From Lachnospiraceae bacterium (GTDB lineage: Bacteria > Bacillota > Clostridia > Lachnospirales > Lachnospiraceae), in assembly GCA_017626325.1 (NCBI GenBank), contig JAGAIZ010000064.1:951-64950 (forward strand): DNA of 64,000 bases. The letters are read 5' to 3'. Positions within the stretch are counted from its first letter, which is position 1; every line of letters starts with the position of its first letter. The notes beneath the pieces were generated by a model. That model worked only from the letters and a program-made list of their open reading frames with translations, searched no databases and was not told the origin of the DNA. Below are positions 17,283-27,464 of the stretch, piece after piece. The translations under genes and the position numbers were made by a program.

Positions 17283-18641
17283 ATGAGGATACGGCTGCCT
17301 GATAAAGTGCATACAATTATAGAAACGCTGCAGGCGGCAGGATATGAGGCATATGCGGTAGGCGGCTGTGTCCGCGATTCTGTTTTAGGCAGGACTCCCA
17401 ACGACTGGGATATCACTACCTCTGCCAAACCGGAAGAGACGAAGAGGCTTTTTGCGCGTACGATCGATACCGGAATTATGCACGGTACCGTGACGGTTAT
17501 GCTGGAGAGAGAGGGCTTCGAGGTAACGACGTACCGCATCGACGGAGAATATGAGGACTGCCGCCACCCCAAGGAGGTAACCTTTACCGCCAGTCTGGAA
17601 GAGGACTTGAAGCGCCGGGATTTCACGATCAATGCCATGGCGTATAATGAGCAGGACGGACTGGTGGATATTTTCGGAGGCATTCGCGATATGGAAGCGG
17701 GTGTGATCCGGTGCGTGGGCGATGCCCGGGAACGTTTTACGGAGGATGCGCTGCGTATGCTGCGGGCAGTCCGGTTCTCAGCGCAGCTTGGATACCGGAT
17801 CGAGGAAACGACTGCGGATGCGGTTAAGAGGCTTGCGCCCAGCCTGCGCAGGATCAGCGTGGAACGGATTCAGGCGGAGTTAGTTAAGCTGGCTGTCTCT
17901 CCGCATCCCGATTATCTGCGTATTGCCTACGAGACGGGCATTACGGCGGAGGTGCTGCCGGAGTTTGATTTATGCATGGAAACGCCGCAGAATAATCCTC
18001 ATCACTGTTATAGCGTAGGGGAGCATATTCTGCACTCCATGCTGGCTGTGGAGCCGGATAAGGCGCTGCGGCTTGGGATGCTTTTTCATGATATCGGCAA
18101 GCCGCAGACATTAACCATAGATGAGGATGGTATTACCCATAATAAAATGCATCCGGCTGTGGGAGCAGAGATGACGAAGAAGATTCTGCGGCGGCTGAAA
18201 TTTGATAATGATACGATTGATAAGGTGACGAAGATCGTCCTGTATCACGATCAGGAAATCGCTCTTAATGATGCCGGCGTCAGACGCGCCGTAAACCGGA
18301 TGGGAGAGGATATCTTTCCAATGATACTGGCGGTACGGCGTGCGGATATCAGCGCGCAGAGCGATTATAAGCGAGAAGAGAAATTAGAGAGATTAGATTA
18401 CATAGAGAGAATGTACGAGGATATCCGCAGCCGTCATGAGGCTGTCAGTCTCAAAGATCTGGCGGTAAATGGCAGCGATCTGATCGCACTGGGGATGCAG
18501 CCTGGCAGACAGATCGGAGAGATATTGCATGAGCTATTGGAGATCGTTCTGGAGGATCCCTCGAAGAACCGGAAGGATGAGCTGACAGACATATGCAGGA
18601 GAAGGATTAAGGGACGGCGGATATCTGACGCGGAAACATAA
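17283..18641 (+). CDS. cca: CCA tRNA nucleotidyltransferase
   Basis: The AVGGCVRDSVLG and DWDITT motifs and RRDFTINAM mark the polymerase-beta-like head. An HD domain (LFHDIGKP) follows. Confidence 0.9.
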   Translation: MRIRLPDKVHTIIETLQAAGYEAYAVGGCVRDSVLGRTPNDWDITTSAKPEETKRLFARTIDTGIMHGTVTVMLEREGFEVTTYRIDGEYEDCRHPKEVTFTASLEEDLKRRDFTINAMAYNEQDGLVDIFGGIRDMEAGVIRCVGDARERFTEDALRMLRAVRFSAQLGYRIEETTADAVKRLAPSLRRISVERIQAELVKLAVSPHPDYLRIAYETGITAEVLPEFDLCMETPQNNPHHCYSVGEHILHSMLAVEPDKALRLGMLFHDIGKPQTLTIDEDGITHNKMHPAVGAEMTKKILRRLKFDNDTIDKVTKIVLYHDQEIALNDAGVRRAVNRMGEDIFPMILAVRRADISAQSDYKREEKLERLDYIERMYEDIRSRHEAVSLKDLAVNGSDLIALGMQPGRQIGEILHELLEIVLEDPSKNRKDELTDICRRRIKGRRISDAET

Positions 18642-18726
18642 ACAGAAAGAAAATTGTCAAATGAAATTCATACTTTTCCACCGCTATTCATAAGATAAGA
18701 TAGACGAGAAAGCGGAGGGTATTCGT

Positions 18727-19722
18727 GTGAATGACAGAGCTGTCGGTTTATTAGACCAATATGAAATAGAAGTGAATCGCACTTGGAAAGGCCGGGGAGC
18801 GATTCTGTGTGAATCGGACCGGGGACTGCTTATTATGAAGGAGTATGCCGGACCGGTGGAAAAAGTAAAATTTCAGGATTACCTGTTAAAGCATATTAAT
18901 GAAAGCGGCGCAGTACGGGCAGAGTCCATTCTGAGAACGAAGGAAGAGGAAATGATCGTCTACGATCAGGACAGAGTCGCTTACATAGTTAAGACATACT
19001 GTGACGGCAGAGAGTGCAACCACAGAGATTCGCAGGAATGCGCGCAGGCTGTCAGAACGCTTGCGAAGCTTCATAACGCAGCCGATCTGTCAGAATATGA
19101 ATTTCTGCAGAATCAGCCTGTTTTTCGAATTGAAAATGAATATGAGAAGCATAACAGGGAGCTTAAGAAGGTAAGGAAATTCCTGCGGGAGAAGAGTCAG
19201 AAAACAGATTTTGAAATCTATCTGATGAAGCACTATGATTATTTTCTGGATATTGCCTTGCAAATTACGGAAGAATTGCGGTATTATGCCTATGGGGAAG
19301 ATTCTTACGAATTTCCTATTGTATGTCACGGGGATTATCAGTATCATAATATTATTCAGACGCAGTCGGGAAGCGTGCTGGTTAATTTTGAGAAATGTGT
19401 GAGAGATTATCCAGTCAGGGACCTGTATTTGTTTCTGCGCAAATTATTAGAAAAGAATAATTGGTCGCAGATACTTGGGGATATGCTTCTGGAGAGTTAT
19501 AATAGGGAAAGAACATTGACTGACAAGGATTACAGGCAGTTATATTACCGGTTTGCCTATCCTGAGAAATTCTGGAAGATTGTGAATTTCTACTATAATA
19601 CCGGTAAGGCGTGGATACCTGACAGAAATATGGAGAAAATAGAAAAATTATTTGCGCAGGAGAGGGAGAAACAGCTTTTTCTGGAAAATATATTTGAACA
19701 GCGGGGATTTATGGTCAGATAG
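18727..19722 (+). CDS. CotS-family spore coat protein (kinase-like fold)
   Basis: 331 aa with the kinase-like catalytic segment VCHGDYQYHNII and CotS-like length. The start is a GTG preceded by GGAGGG. Confidence 0.75.
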   Translation: MNDRAVGLLDQYEIEVNRTWKGRGAILCESDRGLLIMKEYAGPVEKVKFQDYLLKHINESGAVRAESILRTKEEEMIVYDQDRVAYIVKTYCDGRECNHRDSQECAQAVRTLAKLHNAADLSEYEFLQNQPVFRIENEYEKHNRELKKVRKFLREKSQKTDFEIYLMKHYDYFLDIALQITEELRYYAYGEDSYEFPIVCHGDYQYHNIIQTQSGSVLVNFEKCVRDYPVRDLYLFLRKLLEKNNWSQILGDMLLESYNRERTLTDKDYRQLYYRFAYPEKFWKIVNFYYNTGKAWIPDRNMEKIEKLFAQEREKQLFLENIFEQRGFMVR

Positions 19723-19740
19723 AAAGGATAAGGTTTGCAT

Positions 19741-21228
19741 ATGCACAAAAGAGTTTCGCAGGCGGTTACGGTTATCATGATAATGGCAATGCTTATCATG
19801 GGCTGTGCGTCAGAGGCAAGCAATATCGGTCTTGCCAAGGATAAAGAAAGAAGTGCGGTAGATACCGGATTCAGCGTAACTGCGGTAGGAAGCTATGATT
19901 CGGCAGATACCGCAGTCGTTATGTCCGTAGATATGGATAACAGCAGTGTGACTTTTATGAATATGGATACGGGCAAGCAGTATACGCTGTATTATAACGG
20001 CACTACCTATGTTACGGATAAGCATGACGGGCCGATGACGGTTTCCCAACTGAAAGCGGGAGATGTGGTCGACGTTAATTTCCTGAAGGGTAAAAGGCAG
20101 ATAGCCAGCATACAGTTAGCTCCTGATGCGTGGGTCTATGACAATGTGGAGAATTATGACCTGGGCGGAATCAACAAAACCGCCAGTATCGGGGCTTCCA
20201 CGTATTCCCTGCCGGAAAATGTGGTCGTACTGTCAGGCGGAAGACGGACAGAGATCATGGATGTCGTGGCGCAGGATGTGGTTACGATCTCCGGTGTTGA
20301 CCATAAGATCTACAGTATCAATGTGGAAAAGGGACATGGGTACCTGCGTCTCAAAAATGACCAGGCGCTGATCGGCGGCTGGATTGAAGTAGGCAGCAGC
20401 GTGATCAGAGAGATTACGGAGGATATGCTTCTGGTGGTACCGGAGGGAAGCTACCAGGTATTGTTATCCAATGACGGTATCAGTTGTACCAAGGAAGTGG
20501 TAATCGAGCGGGATAAAGAAGTCGTACTGGATGTGGGCGATGTGGAGATCGCCAGAGATAAGACCGGCAGAATCCTGTTCAGCGTTACGCCCCAGGACGC
20601 CGTGGTCACGGTAGACGGTAAGCAGATCGATACCGAAAAGGCAGTGGAGCTTCCATACGGCATTCATCAGGTGCACCTGGAGGCAGAGGGTTATGATTCC
20701 TTAACCAAATACATTCAGGTAGGTTCTGAGAACGCAAGCATCAGCTTTACACTGGAGAAAAGCAAAGAGGAAGAAGATGCATCGGATACTATCAGTCAGA
20801 ACAGTATAGAGAATCAGAGCGCGAACACAGACACGACTGCGGACAATGCATCTACAATCAGTGAGAATACGATCACCGCTTCAAGCGGCAACAAAGTATA
20901 TATAGACGCACCGAAGAATGTGGAGGTCTATCTTGACAGCAATTATGTAGGCATTGCGCCCGTGAGCTTCAAGAAGTCTGTGGGCAGCCATACGATTACG
21001 CTGCGCAAGAGCGGTTATAAGACTAAGAGTTATACGATATATCTGTATAACGACGGCGAGGATATTACATATTCCTTCACGGATCTGGAGAAGGAATCGG
21101 ATACCGTAAGCAGCAACAGCAGTTCGTCCGGTTCTACAAGCACTACAACCTCCGATACTGCGGATGAACCTACGGAAATAGAAGCGGATGATACGGTAAG
21201 CGGGAATACCAGATATCTGTTTGAATGA
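19741..21228 (+). CDS. PEGA-domain lipoprotein
   Basis: Signal peptide with lipobox LIMGC. It has PEGA-like repeats (for example VYLDSNYVGIAPVSFKKSVGSHTITLRKSGYKTKSYTIYL) and a Ser/Thr-rich tail. The ATG at 19741 follows GAAAGGATAAGG. Confidence 0.75.
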   Translation: MHKRVSQAVTVIMIMAMLIMGCASEASNIGLAKDKERSAVDTGFSVTAVGSYDSADTAVVMSVDMDNSSVTFMNMDTGKQYTLYYNGTTYVTDKHDGPMTVSQLKAGDVVDVNFLKGKRQIASIQLAPDAWVYDNVENYDLGGINKTASIGASTYSLPENVVVLSGGRRTEIMDVVAQDVVTISGVDHKIYSINVEKGHGYLRLKNDQALIGGWIEVGSSVIREITEDMLLVVPEGSYQVLLSNDGISCTKEVVIERDKEVVLDVGDVEIARDKTGRILFSVTPQDAVVTVDGKQIDTEKAVELPYGIHQVHLEAEGYDSLTKYIQVGSENASISFTLEKSKEEEDASDTISQNSIENQSANTDTTADNASTISENTITASSGNKVYIDAPKNVEVYLDSNYVGIAPVSFKKSVGSHTITLRKSGYKTKSYTIYLYNDGEDITYSFTDLEKESDTVSSNSSSSGSTSTTTSDTADEPTEIEADDTVSGNTRYLFE

Positions 21229-21256
21229 TGAGATACAGTCGGATAGAAAGGCGTGG

Positions 21257-21994
21257 ATGAAAATGGCGGACAGGCATGATGCGAAGTACAGTTATGAAGA
21301 GTTTCTGGAGATTATCCGAACGCTTAGAGGTGAGAACGGCTGTCCCTGGGATAAGGTGCAGACCCATGAAAGCCTGAGGCCCTGTATGATGGAAGAGGCG
21401 GCGGAGCTGCTTGCCTCCATCCGTATTTATAACCAGACGGGCAATTCTGAGAATATGCGGGAAGAGCTGGGAGATGTGCTTCTGCAGGTAGTGATGCATG
21501 CGCAGATCGCATCCGAGGAAGGACTGTTTGGCATGGAGGACGTGGTGGATGAGGTCAGCCGTAAGATGGTCCGCAGGCATCCGCATGTGTTTGGCTCAGA
21601 GAGCGCCGATACGCCGGATGAAGTGCTTACGAACTGGGAGGAGATTAAGAAAGAAGAGAAGAAGGACAAGGAATGGATCAAGTCGCCTCTTAGGGAAATC
21701 CCGGGAGAACTCCCCGCGCTGACGCGGGCAGCCAAGGTTTTAAAGAAGATTGATAAGTTATATGAGAAGGGCAGCAGCTATGAGCAGGATGTGGATGCGC
21801 TGCAGAAGGCGGTAGACGCCCTGCGGGAATGCGAGCCTCAGGCGTACAGCAAGGAGATAGAGCGCATTATGGCGGACGCTCTGATCAGTCTGTCTGATAT
21901 TGCCAGAATTTGTAAGATTTCGCAGGAACAGGTTCTGACAGACAGAATCGATGATATGATAGATAAATATGATGGAAAAGCGGATAAGGAATGA
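21257..21994 (+). CDS. mazG: MazG nucleoside triphosphate pyrophosphohydrolase (YabN-like)
   Basis: CPWDKVQTHESL...EEAAEL...ELGDVLLQVV is the MazG EExxE/D core. Its position ahead of yabO/yabP mirrors Bacillus synteny. The start could also be 21221 or 21263. Confidence 0.85.
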   Translation: MKMADRHDAKYSYEEFLEIIRTLRGENGCPWDKVQTHESLRPCMMEEAAELLASIRIYNQTGNSENMREELGDVLLQVVMHAQIASEEGLFGMEDVVDEVSRKMVRRHPHVFGSESADTPDEVLTNWEEIKKEEKKDKEWIKSPLREIPGELPALTRAAKVLKKIDKLYEKGSSYEQDVDALQKAVDALRECEPQAYSKEIERIMADALISLSDIARICKISQEQVLTDRIDDMIDKYDGKADKE

Positions 21995-22073
21995 TGAGAA
22001 TCTGCATAACTGCGGAATTGTAAATGCGGCGTATGGAAAATCCCTCAAATGCCGTAAAAAAGGCTTTTTTGGC

Positions 22074-22102
22074 TTGACAAGAACATGAAAACCGTCTATA
22101 AA
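22074..22102 (+). promoter_or_regulatory. Sigma-A promoter candidate for hup
   Basis: TTGACA (22074-22079), a 17-nt spacer, then TATAAA (22097-22102). Confidence 0.5.
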
Positions 22103-22174
22103 TATGTATAGGCGTTTCAAAAGAGAAACATCTAATAATAAAAATGATAACTCATTTAACAGGAGGAGTTCAAG

Positions 22175-22450
22175 ATGAACAAAACAGAATTAATCGCAGC
22201 TATGGCTGATCAGGCAGGATTATCCAAAAAAGACGCAGAGAAGGCTTTAAAGGCATTTACAGATGTTGTTGCAGAAGAATTAAAGAAAGACGGTAAAGTA
22301 CAGTTAGTTGGTTTTGGTACTTTTGAAGTTTCCCAGAGAGCAGCCAGAGAGGGCAGAAATCCTCAGAGCGGCGAGGTTATGAAGATCGCAGCGTCCAAGG
22401 CTCCTAAGTTCAAAGCTGGTAAAGCTTTAAAGGATATGCTTAACGCATAA
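22175..22450 (+). CDS. hup: DNA-binding protein HU
   Basis: 91 aa: MNKTELIAAMA...VQLVGFGTFEVSQRAAREGRNPQSGEVMKIAASKAPKFKAGKALKD. This is the canonical HU sequence. Strong RBS AGGAGG lies upstream. Confidence 0.95.
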   Translation: MNKTELIAAMADQAGLSKKDAEKALKAFTDVVAEELKKDGKVQLVGFGTFEVSQRAAREGRNPQSGEVMKIAASKAPKFKAGKALKDMLNA

Positions 22451-22466
22451 TCGAACAAGATCTGTA

Positions 22467-22505
22467 AAGCCTGTATGTAGATGCATACAGGCTTTTCCTT
22501 ATTTG
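22467..22505 (+). terminator. Rho-independent terminator after hup
   Basis: A 12-bp stem: AAAGCCTGTATG (22467-22478) pairs with CATACAGGCTTT (22484-22495). A T-rich tail follows. Confidence 0.7.
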
Positions 22506-22533
22506 TACAGGAATTTATATTGGGAGGAAGAAT

Positions 22534-22776
22534 ATGAGATTAGATAAATACTTAAAGGTGTCCCGTCTGATCAAGCGGCGCACGGTGGCAAACGAAGCAT
22601 GCGACGCGGGAAGAGTGATGATCAATGACAAGCCCGCCAAGGCGTCTGCGAATGTTAAGCCTGGCGATACGATTACGATCCAGTTCGGCAATAAAGAAGT
22701 CAAAGTAGAGGTATTGGACGTGCAGGAGACTGTGCGCAAGGAGGAAGCGAAGGAATTATTCCGGTATCTGACGTAA
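22534..22776 (+). CDS. RNA-binding S4 domain protein (YabO-like)
   Basis: 80 aa: MRLDKYLKVSRLIKRRTVANEACDAGRVMINDKPAKAS is an S4 fold. Synteny with yabP and yabQ supports the call. Confidence 0.85.
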   Translation: MRLDKYLKVSRLIKRRTVANEACDAGRVMINDKPAKASANVKPGDTITIQFGNKEVKVEVLDVQETVRKEEAKELFRYLT

Positions 22777-22851
22777 GAGCGCAGGAGGGAGGAATAATTG
22801 AGAAAGATCAGACATACATTTAATAAGTACCATTGTTATGGGAGGGCATGT

Positions 22852-23142
22852 ATGGAAGATCTGAATAATGTGAATAGAAAGCCGCACAAGCTGATGCTTA
22901 CCAACAGAAGGACATGTAACATCAGCGGCGTCAATGATGTACTTTCTTTTGACGTAAACGAAATCCTGCTGGAAACGGAACAGGGCATGCTGATGATCAG
23001 GGGTAATGAGCTGCATATCAGCAGATTATCTCTGGATAAAGGCGAAGTGGATGTAGACGGACGAATCGACAGTTTTACCTATTCGGAGAATGCCGGATAC
23101 AGCGCGAAGGGCGAATCATTACTGGCAAGACTGTTTAAGTGA
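22852..23142 (+). CDS. yabP: Sporulation protein YabP
   Basis: HKLMLTNRRTCNISGVNDVLSFDVNEILLETEQGMLMIRGNELHISRLSLDKGEVDVDGRIDSFTYSE matches the YabP pattern. The ATG at 22852 is used instead of the upstream TTG at 22798. Confidence 0.85.
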   Translation: MEDLNNVNRKPHKLMLTNRRTCNISGVNDVLSFDVNEILLETEQGMLMIRGNELHISRLSLDKGEVDVDGRIDSFTYSENAGYSAKGESLLARLFK

Positions 23143-23165
23143 GATTTCGGGGGAAATCATAGGAT

Positions 23166-23654
23166 ATGAGTCAGGACATTGTGCAGGAGGTTACTTTTTT
23201 TCTACATTCTATCCTTATAGGTTTGTTTATTACATTTGTCTATGACTGGATATTGGTTTTTAGAAAAATAGTAAAGCACGGTATCGTTTTGATATCGGCA
23301 GAGGATTTCATTTTTTGGCTTTTTTGTGGAATTGGTGTTTTCTATATGCTTTATAGAGAGAATAATGGCGTCTTAAGATGGTTTGCCGTAGTGGGGGCTA
23401 CGCTGGGGATGCTTTTTTATAAAGCGGTGATTAAAAATAGATTTATATACATTATGTCAACTTGCATACACAAGATAATGTGGTTCGCATTTCGCGTAAT
23501 ACAAGTTATGCTAAAACCGCTGAAATGCCTGATTTTCGCGGTTAGAAGGTTTGTTCGATTTGTTTTCAAAAAGTGTAAAAAGTGTATCGATTATGTAAAA
23601 AAGCGGTTGACGGGTTGCATAAAAATGCTTAAAATGGTTTTATGTAAACACTGA
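23166..23654 (+). CDS. yabQ: Spore cortex biosynthesis membrane protein YabQ
   Basis: 162-aa polytopic membrane protein immediately after yabP. Composition and synteny fit YabQ. Confidence 0.7.
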   Translation: MSQDIVQEVTFFLHSILIGLFITFVYDWILVFRKIVKHGIVLISAEDFIFWLFCGIGVFYMLYRENNGVLRWFAVVGATLGMLFYKAVIKNRFIYIMSTCIHKIMWFAFRVIQVMLKPLKCLIFAVRRFVRFVFKKCKKCIDYVKKRLTGCIKMLKMVLCKH

Positions 23655-23686
23655 GAAGGTGACAGGAGAGGGGTATCGTTTACAGT

Positions 23687-23992
23687 ATGGCAAGAAAAGC
23701 AGCATATCGTAAAAAGCGCCAGAACAAAATGGGCATGCTTCTGGTTACCACAGTAGTGTTGATGATGTTACTCGTGGTTACAGTAAAGAGCGCGGAGCTT
23801 CGTGAAAAGCGGGAAGTATATATGGCAAAGGAAGCGGAGCTGATGGAACAGATCGAGGCGGAAGAAGCAAGGGCGGAAGAAATAGAAGAATATGAGAAAT
23901 ATACGCAGACTAAGAAGTACGTGGAAGAAATCGCCAAGGAAAAACTGGGGCTTGTATATAAAGGCGAGATCATATTTAAGGATGAGAACTGA
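23687..23992 (+). CDS. divIC: Septum formation initiator (DivIC/FtsB family)
   Basis: 101 aa with one N-terminal transmembrane helix, then a coiled coil and the ...KLGLVYKGEIIFK tail typical of DivIC/FtsB. The syntenic position is after yabQ. Confidence 0.75.
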   Translation: MARKAAYRKKRQNKMGMLLVTTVVLMMLLVVTVKSAELREKREVYMAKEAELMEQIEAEEARAEEIEEYEKYTQTKKYVEEIAKEKLGLVYKGEIIFKDEN

Positions 23993-24106
23993 GCAGATTA
24001 TGGATGTATTCCGAATCTGCTTTTTCTATTTCTTATGAATAATCCGGCAGGTCCTCTCATATATTGATTAAAGATGAATGTCAGTGATATAGAATGGAGG
24101 ACTATC

Positions 24107-25348
24107 ATGAGAAAACAGGCGGAGGTCAGGGATGAGAATATTGTAACGATTATACCGGAGTATGGCAGGCAGAGGCTTCTGACTTATGCGGAATCTTTCC
24201 GGGATCTGGCGGATTTGTTCGAAGGAGAGGAAGAGGACGCTGACAGCGGGGAGGCATGGGCAATAGAGGACAGGCAGAATTATCTGTGTCAGAGGAGGCT
24301 TAAGGAGAATCAGGAGCTGCTGGCGGAGCATCTCAAGGAAATGGCGCATATTATGTCAGAGGTGGCGAAAGAGACTTGTCATTACCGCCCTATGGGGGAA
24401 AGGCGTTTTAAGCAGATGTCCAAAGTCCTTCGTGAATCGGGTATTTCTCTTAAGAATTTCTTCGAAATAGAGCATGAGGATGGGCACACAGAACTCAGCC
24501 TGACAATGAGATATATCGGCAATAAGTATATAAAGCTGGGAGAAAGCGAGCATATTTCCGTCGAGGATGTGGCGGATTATATATCGGTCGCCATGAATAT
24601 GCGTCTGTGCGCTGCGAGGAATTCTCCGGTGTATCTGACCGGAAATTATAATACTTATTATTTTCAGGAAGAGCCGGATTATCATCTGCTGACAGGGGTA
24701 GCCAAAGCCGTCAAGGAGACGGAGAAGATATCCGGGGATAATTATTCCTTCTATGAAGCGGATACGGGAAGGATGATGATACTTCTTTCTGACGGAATGG
24801 GATCAGGGGAGAAGGCGTGTGAAGAATCAGAGCGGGTAATTGAGATTATGGAAAGCTTTCTTACCGCAGGATTTCGCAAGGAATCGGCTGTCCAGATGAT
24901 CAATGGGGCGCTTGCCGCAGCCGGGCAGGAACAGAATATGTCCACCATTGATATATGCGACATTAATTTGTATACCGGTGAGTGTGAGTTTATCAAGGCG
25001 GGCGCTGCCTGTACTTATATCAAAAGAGGACATTTGGTGGACAGGCTGTCGGCGCAGAACCTGCCGTTAGGGGCCTTTGGACAGTTGGAAATAGGGAGCA
25101 TGGACAGAACGCTGCAGAACGGCGATTATATCATAATGCTGTCGGACGGCGTGTTAGATGCGCTTTCGCAGGGAATGGGAGAGGAAGTGCTGCCGGAGAT
25201 TATCGGGAGAATGGACTACGCCAGTCCGGGTGAAATAGCCAATCAAATCCTGGCTTACTGCATCAGGCAGAGCAATGGACAAGTCCGGGACGATATGACG
25301 GTGCTTGTCACGGGAATCTGGGATCAGACAGAAGATTGCATTTTGTGA
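24107..25348 (+). CDS. spoIIE: SpoIIE-family PP2C protein phosphatase (short form without a membrane domain)
   Basis: PP2C motifs GDNYSFYEA, LLSDGMGSGEKA and IMLSDGVLD. The syntenic slot is divIC-spoIIE-tilS. GGAGG lies 6 nt before the ATG at 24107. No hydrophobic N-terminal region is encoded. Confidence 0.75.
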   Translation: MRKQAEVRDENIVTIIPEYGRQRLLTYAESFRDLADLFEGEEEDADSGEAWAIEDRQNYLCQRRLKENQELLAEHLKEMAHIMSEVAKETCHYRPMGERRFKQMSKVLRESGISLKNFFEIEHEDGHTELSLTMRYIGNKYIKLGESEHISVEDVADYISVAMNMRLCAARNSPVYLTGNYNTYYFQEEPDYHLLTGVAKAVKETEKISGDNYSFYEADTGRMMILLSDGMGSGEKACEESERVIEIMESFLTAGFRKESAVQMINGALAAAGQEQNMSTIDICDINLYTGECEFIKAGAACTYIKRGHLVDRLSAQNLPLGAFGQLEIGSMDRTLQNGDYIIMLSDGVLDALSQGMGEEVLPEIIGRMDYASPGEIANQILAYCIRQSNGQVRDDMTVLVTGIWDQTEDCIL

Positions 25349-25423
25349 CAGAATTGCCTATTATTATAAGAGGATGCCGGATATTTTCAGTGCGATTACT
25401 TAGAAGACGCAGTCAGGATTAGA

Positions 25424-26932
25424 ATGGAAGATAATACATATACTAAGGTGAGAAGGTTTATAGAGAAATATCATATGATAGCGGAGGGCGATCTGGTCGC
25501 CGCGGCCGTGTCCGGGGGAGCGGATTCCGTGTGCCTGCTGCACCTGCTATGGCGGCTTAAGCAGGAAGTACCCTATCGTTTGGTCGCGGTGCATGTGAAT
25601 CATCTTATGCGCCCGGACGCATCAGAGGATGCGGCATATGTAAAGGAATTATGCGGACAGATGGACCTTCCGTATTTTCTGAAGGAAGTGGATATGTGCG
25701 GGTATGCGTCCGGACAGAAGCTGTCGCTGGAAGAAGCGGGCAGAATCCTTCGGTATCAGAGCTTCGAAGAGGTGCTGGCAGATCAGGCGGGCAGGAATGA
25801 AACAGGTAAGGTCGCGGTAGCCCATAATGCCGACGACAGAGCGGAGACGATGCTTTTTCATATGTTCCGCGGAAGCGGCATGAGAGGACTGCGTTCTATT
25901 CAGCCGGTCAGGGGGACGGTCATCCGGCCGGTTCTGTGTCTGGAAAGGGAGGAGATAGAAGCATATCTTAAGGAGCATCATCTCCGTTACTGTGTGGACA
26001 GCACGAATGAGGAGGATACTTATACCCGCAATAAGATCAGGCATCATATCCTGCCTTATGCCAGACAGGAGATCTGTCAGGGGACGGTAGCGCATATGAG
26101 CGAGCTGGCGGACGTCCTGTCGGAGACGGAAGCGTATCTGGATGAACAGACGAAGCGGCTGTACGAAGCCTGTGCGGAAATCTATGGCGGGTATACCGGA
26201 CCAGGCGGGAATGACAGGCAGAAGACAGTGAGCGGACTTAAGATCAGAGGCAGTATGTTGTCTGTGGCGCATCCGGTTATGGTCAACAGGGTGCTGCTGT
26301 ATTGTCTGGAACGGCTGATACCGCACAGAAAGGATATTACGAGACAGCATATTGCAGACCTGGCGGCGCTTATGCAAAAGGAAGGCAGTAAAGAGCTGTT
26401 TCTTCCCGGCGGGGTGAAAGCGTATAAAGAATACGATATGCTTTATCTGATCAAAGATGCGGCGCGGGCGGCAGAGGAGAATCCCGGTAAGCTGCAGGAT
26501 AGCGGCGGTGCGGTATATGAAATTGTGCCCCCGGCCAGCGTCCATATACCGTCTGCAGGAGATTTCGAATTCTCGCTGCATGGACCGGAATCTGACCTGT
26601 ATCGGCAAATTTTCTGCAATAAGGGACAAAATATTCCAGAAAATAGATATACGAAATGGTTTGATTATGATAAAATAACTACGATTCTATCATTACGGAC
26701 AAGGCGGGAGGGAGATTATCTTACGATAGACGCGTCTCTTAACACGAAATCCGTAAAGCAATATATGATCAATGAGAAAATCCCGAAAATACAGCGAGGA
26801 AGCATGTATTTGCTGGCTGACGGGTCGCATGTCATGTGGATACCGGGATACCGGATGAGCCAGTATTATAAAGTGGATGAAAGTACAAAGCGTATCTTAC
26901 AGGTAAGCATAAGAGGAGGGCGTAATGGCTGA
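25424..26932 (+). CDS. tilS: tRNA(Ile)-lysidine synthetase
   Basis: PP-loop motif AVSGGADSVCLL. Length and the C-terminal TilS domain fit, and synteny with hpt and ftsH supports the call. Confidence 0.9.
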   Translation: MEDNTYTKVRRFIEKYHMIAEGDLVAAAVSGGADSVCLLHLLWRLKQEVPYRLVAVHVNHLMRPDASEDAAYVKELCGQMDLPYFLKEVDMCGYASGQKLSLEEAGRILRYQSFEEVLADQAGRNETGKVAVAHNADDRAETMLFHMFRGSGMRGLRSIQPVRGTVIRPVLCLEREEIEAYLKEHHLRYCVDSTNEEDTYTRNKIRHHILPYARQEICQGTVAHMSELADVLSETEAYLDEQTKRLYEACAEIYGGYTGPGGNDRQKTVSGLKIRGSMLSVAHPVMVNRVLLYCLERLIPHRKDITRQHIADLAALMQKEGSKELFLPGGVKAYKEYDMLYLIKDAARAAEENPGKLQDSGGAVYEIVPPASVHIPSAGDFEFSLHGPESDLYRQIFCNKGQNIPENRYTKWFDYDKITTILSLRTRREGDYLTIDASLNTKSVKQYMINEKIPKIQRGSMYLLADGSHVMWIPGYRMSQYYKVDESTKRILQVSIRGGRNG

Positions 26933-27449
26933 ACGAGTTGAAGTATTATTGACTGAGGAAGAAGTAGACAGAAGAATTCAGGAGATTGGGGATCAGATTT
27001 CCAAAGATTATGCGGGCAAACAGGTGCATCTGGTATGTGTATTAAAAGGCGGCAGCTTCTTTATGTGCGAGCTTGCAAAGAGGATCACCGTACCTGTTTC
27101 TCTAGATTTCATGTCTGTATCCAGCTATGGCGGAGATACCAAATCCAGCGGCGTGGTTAAGATTGTCAAAGATTTAGACGAACCTCTCGGCGGCAAGAAT
27201 GTATTGGTCGTGGAGGATATTGTGGATTCCGGAAGAACGTTGAGTTATCTGCTGGAAATGTTAAAAGACAGAGGGCCGGAGGATGTGAAGCTGTGCACGT
27301 TGTTAGATAAGCCGGAGAGAAGAGTCGTGGATGTAAAGGTAGATTATACCGGTTTTGAGATTCCCGATGAGTTTGTGGTAGGCTACGGATTGGATTATGA
27401 TCAGAGATATCGTAATCTGCCTTATATCGGCGTTGTGAAATTTGATTAA
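26925..27449 (+). CDS. hpt: Hypoxanthine phosphoribosyltransferase
   Basis: 174 aa with the PRPP-binding motif VLVVEDIVDSGRTL and the LDFMSVSSYG segment. It overlaps the tilS stop by 8 nt. Confidence 0.95.
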   Translation: MAERVEVLLTEEEVDRRIQEIGDQISKDYAGKQVHLVCVLKGGSFFMCELAKRITVPVSLDFMSVSSYGGDTKSSGVVKIVKDLDEPLGGKNVLVVEDIVDSGRTLSYLLEMLKDRGPEDVKLCTLLDKPERRVVDVKVDYTGFEIPDEFVVGYGLDYDQRYRNLPYIGVVKFD

Positions 27450-27464
27450 TGAAAGAGGTTTACT

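Noticed and set aside
25649-26629. 326-aa minus-strand ORF
   Set aside because: It is antisense to tilS, which has a clear PP-loop and syntenic support. It has the same Arg/His/Pro-rich shadow-ORF composition.
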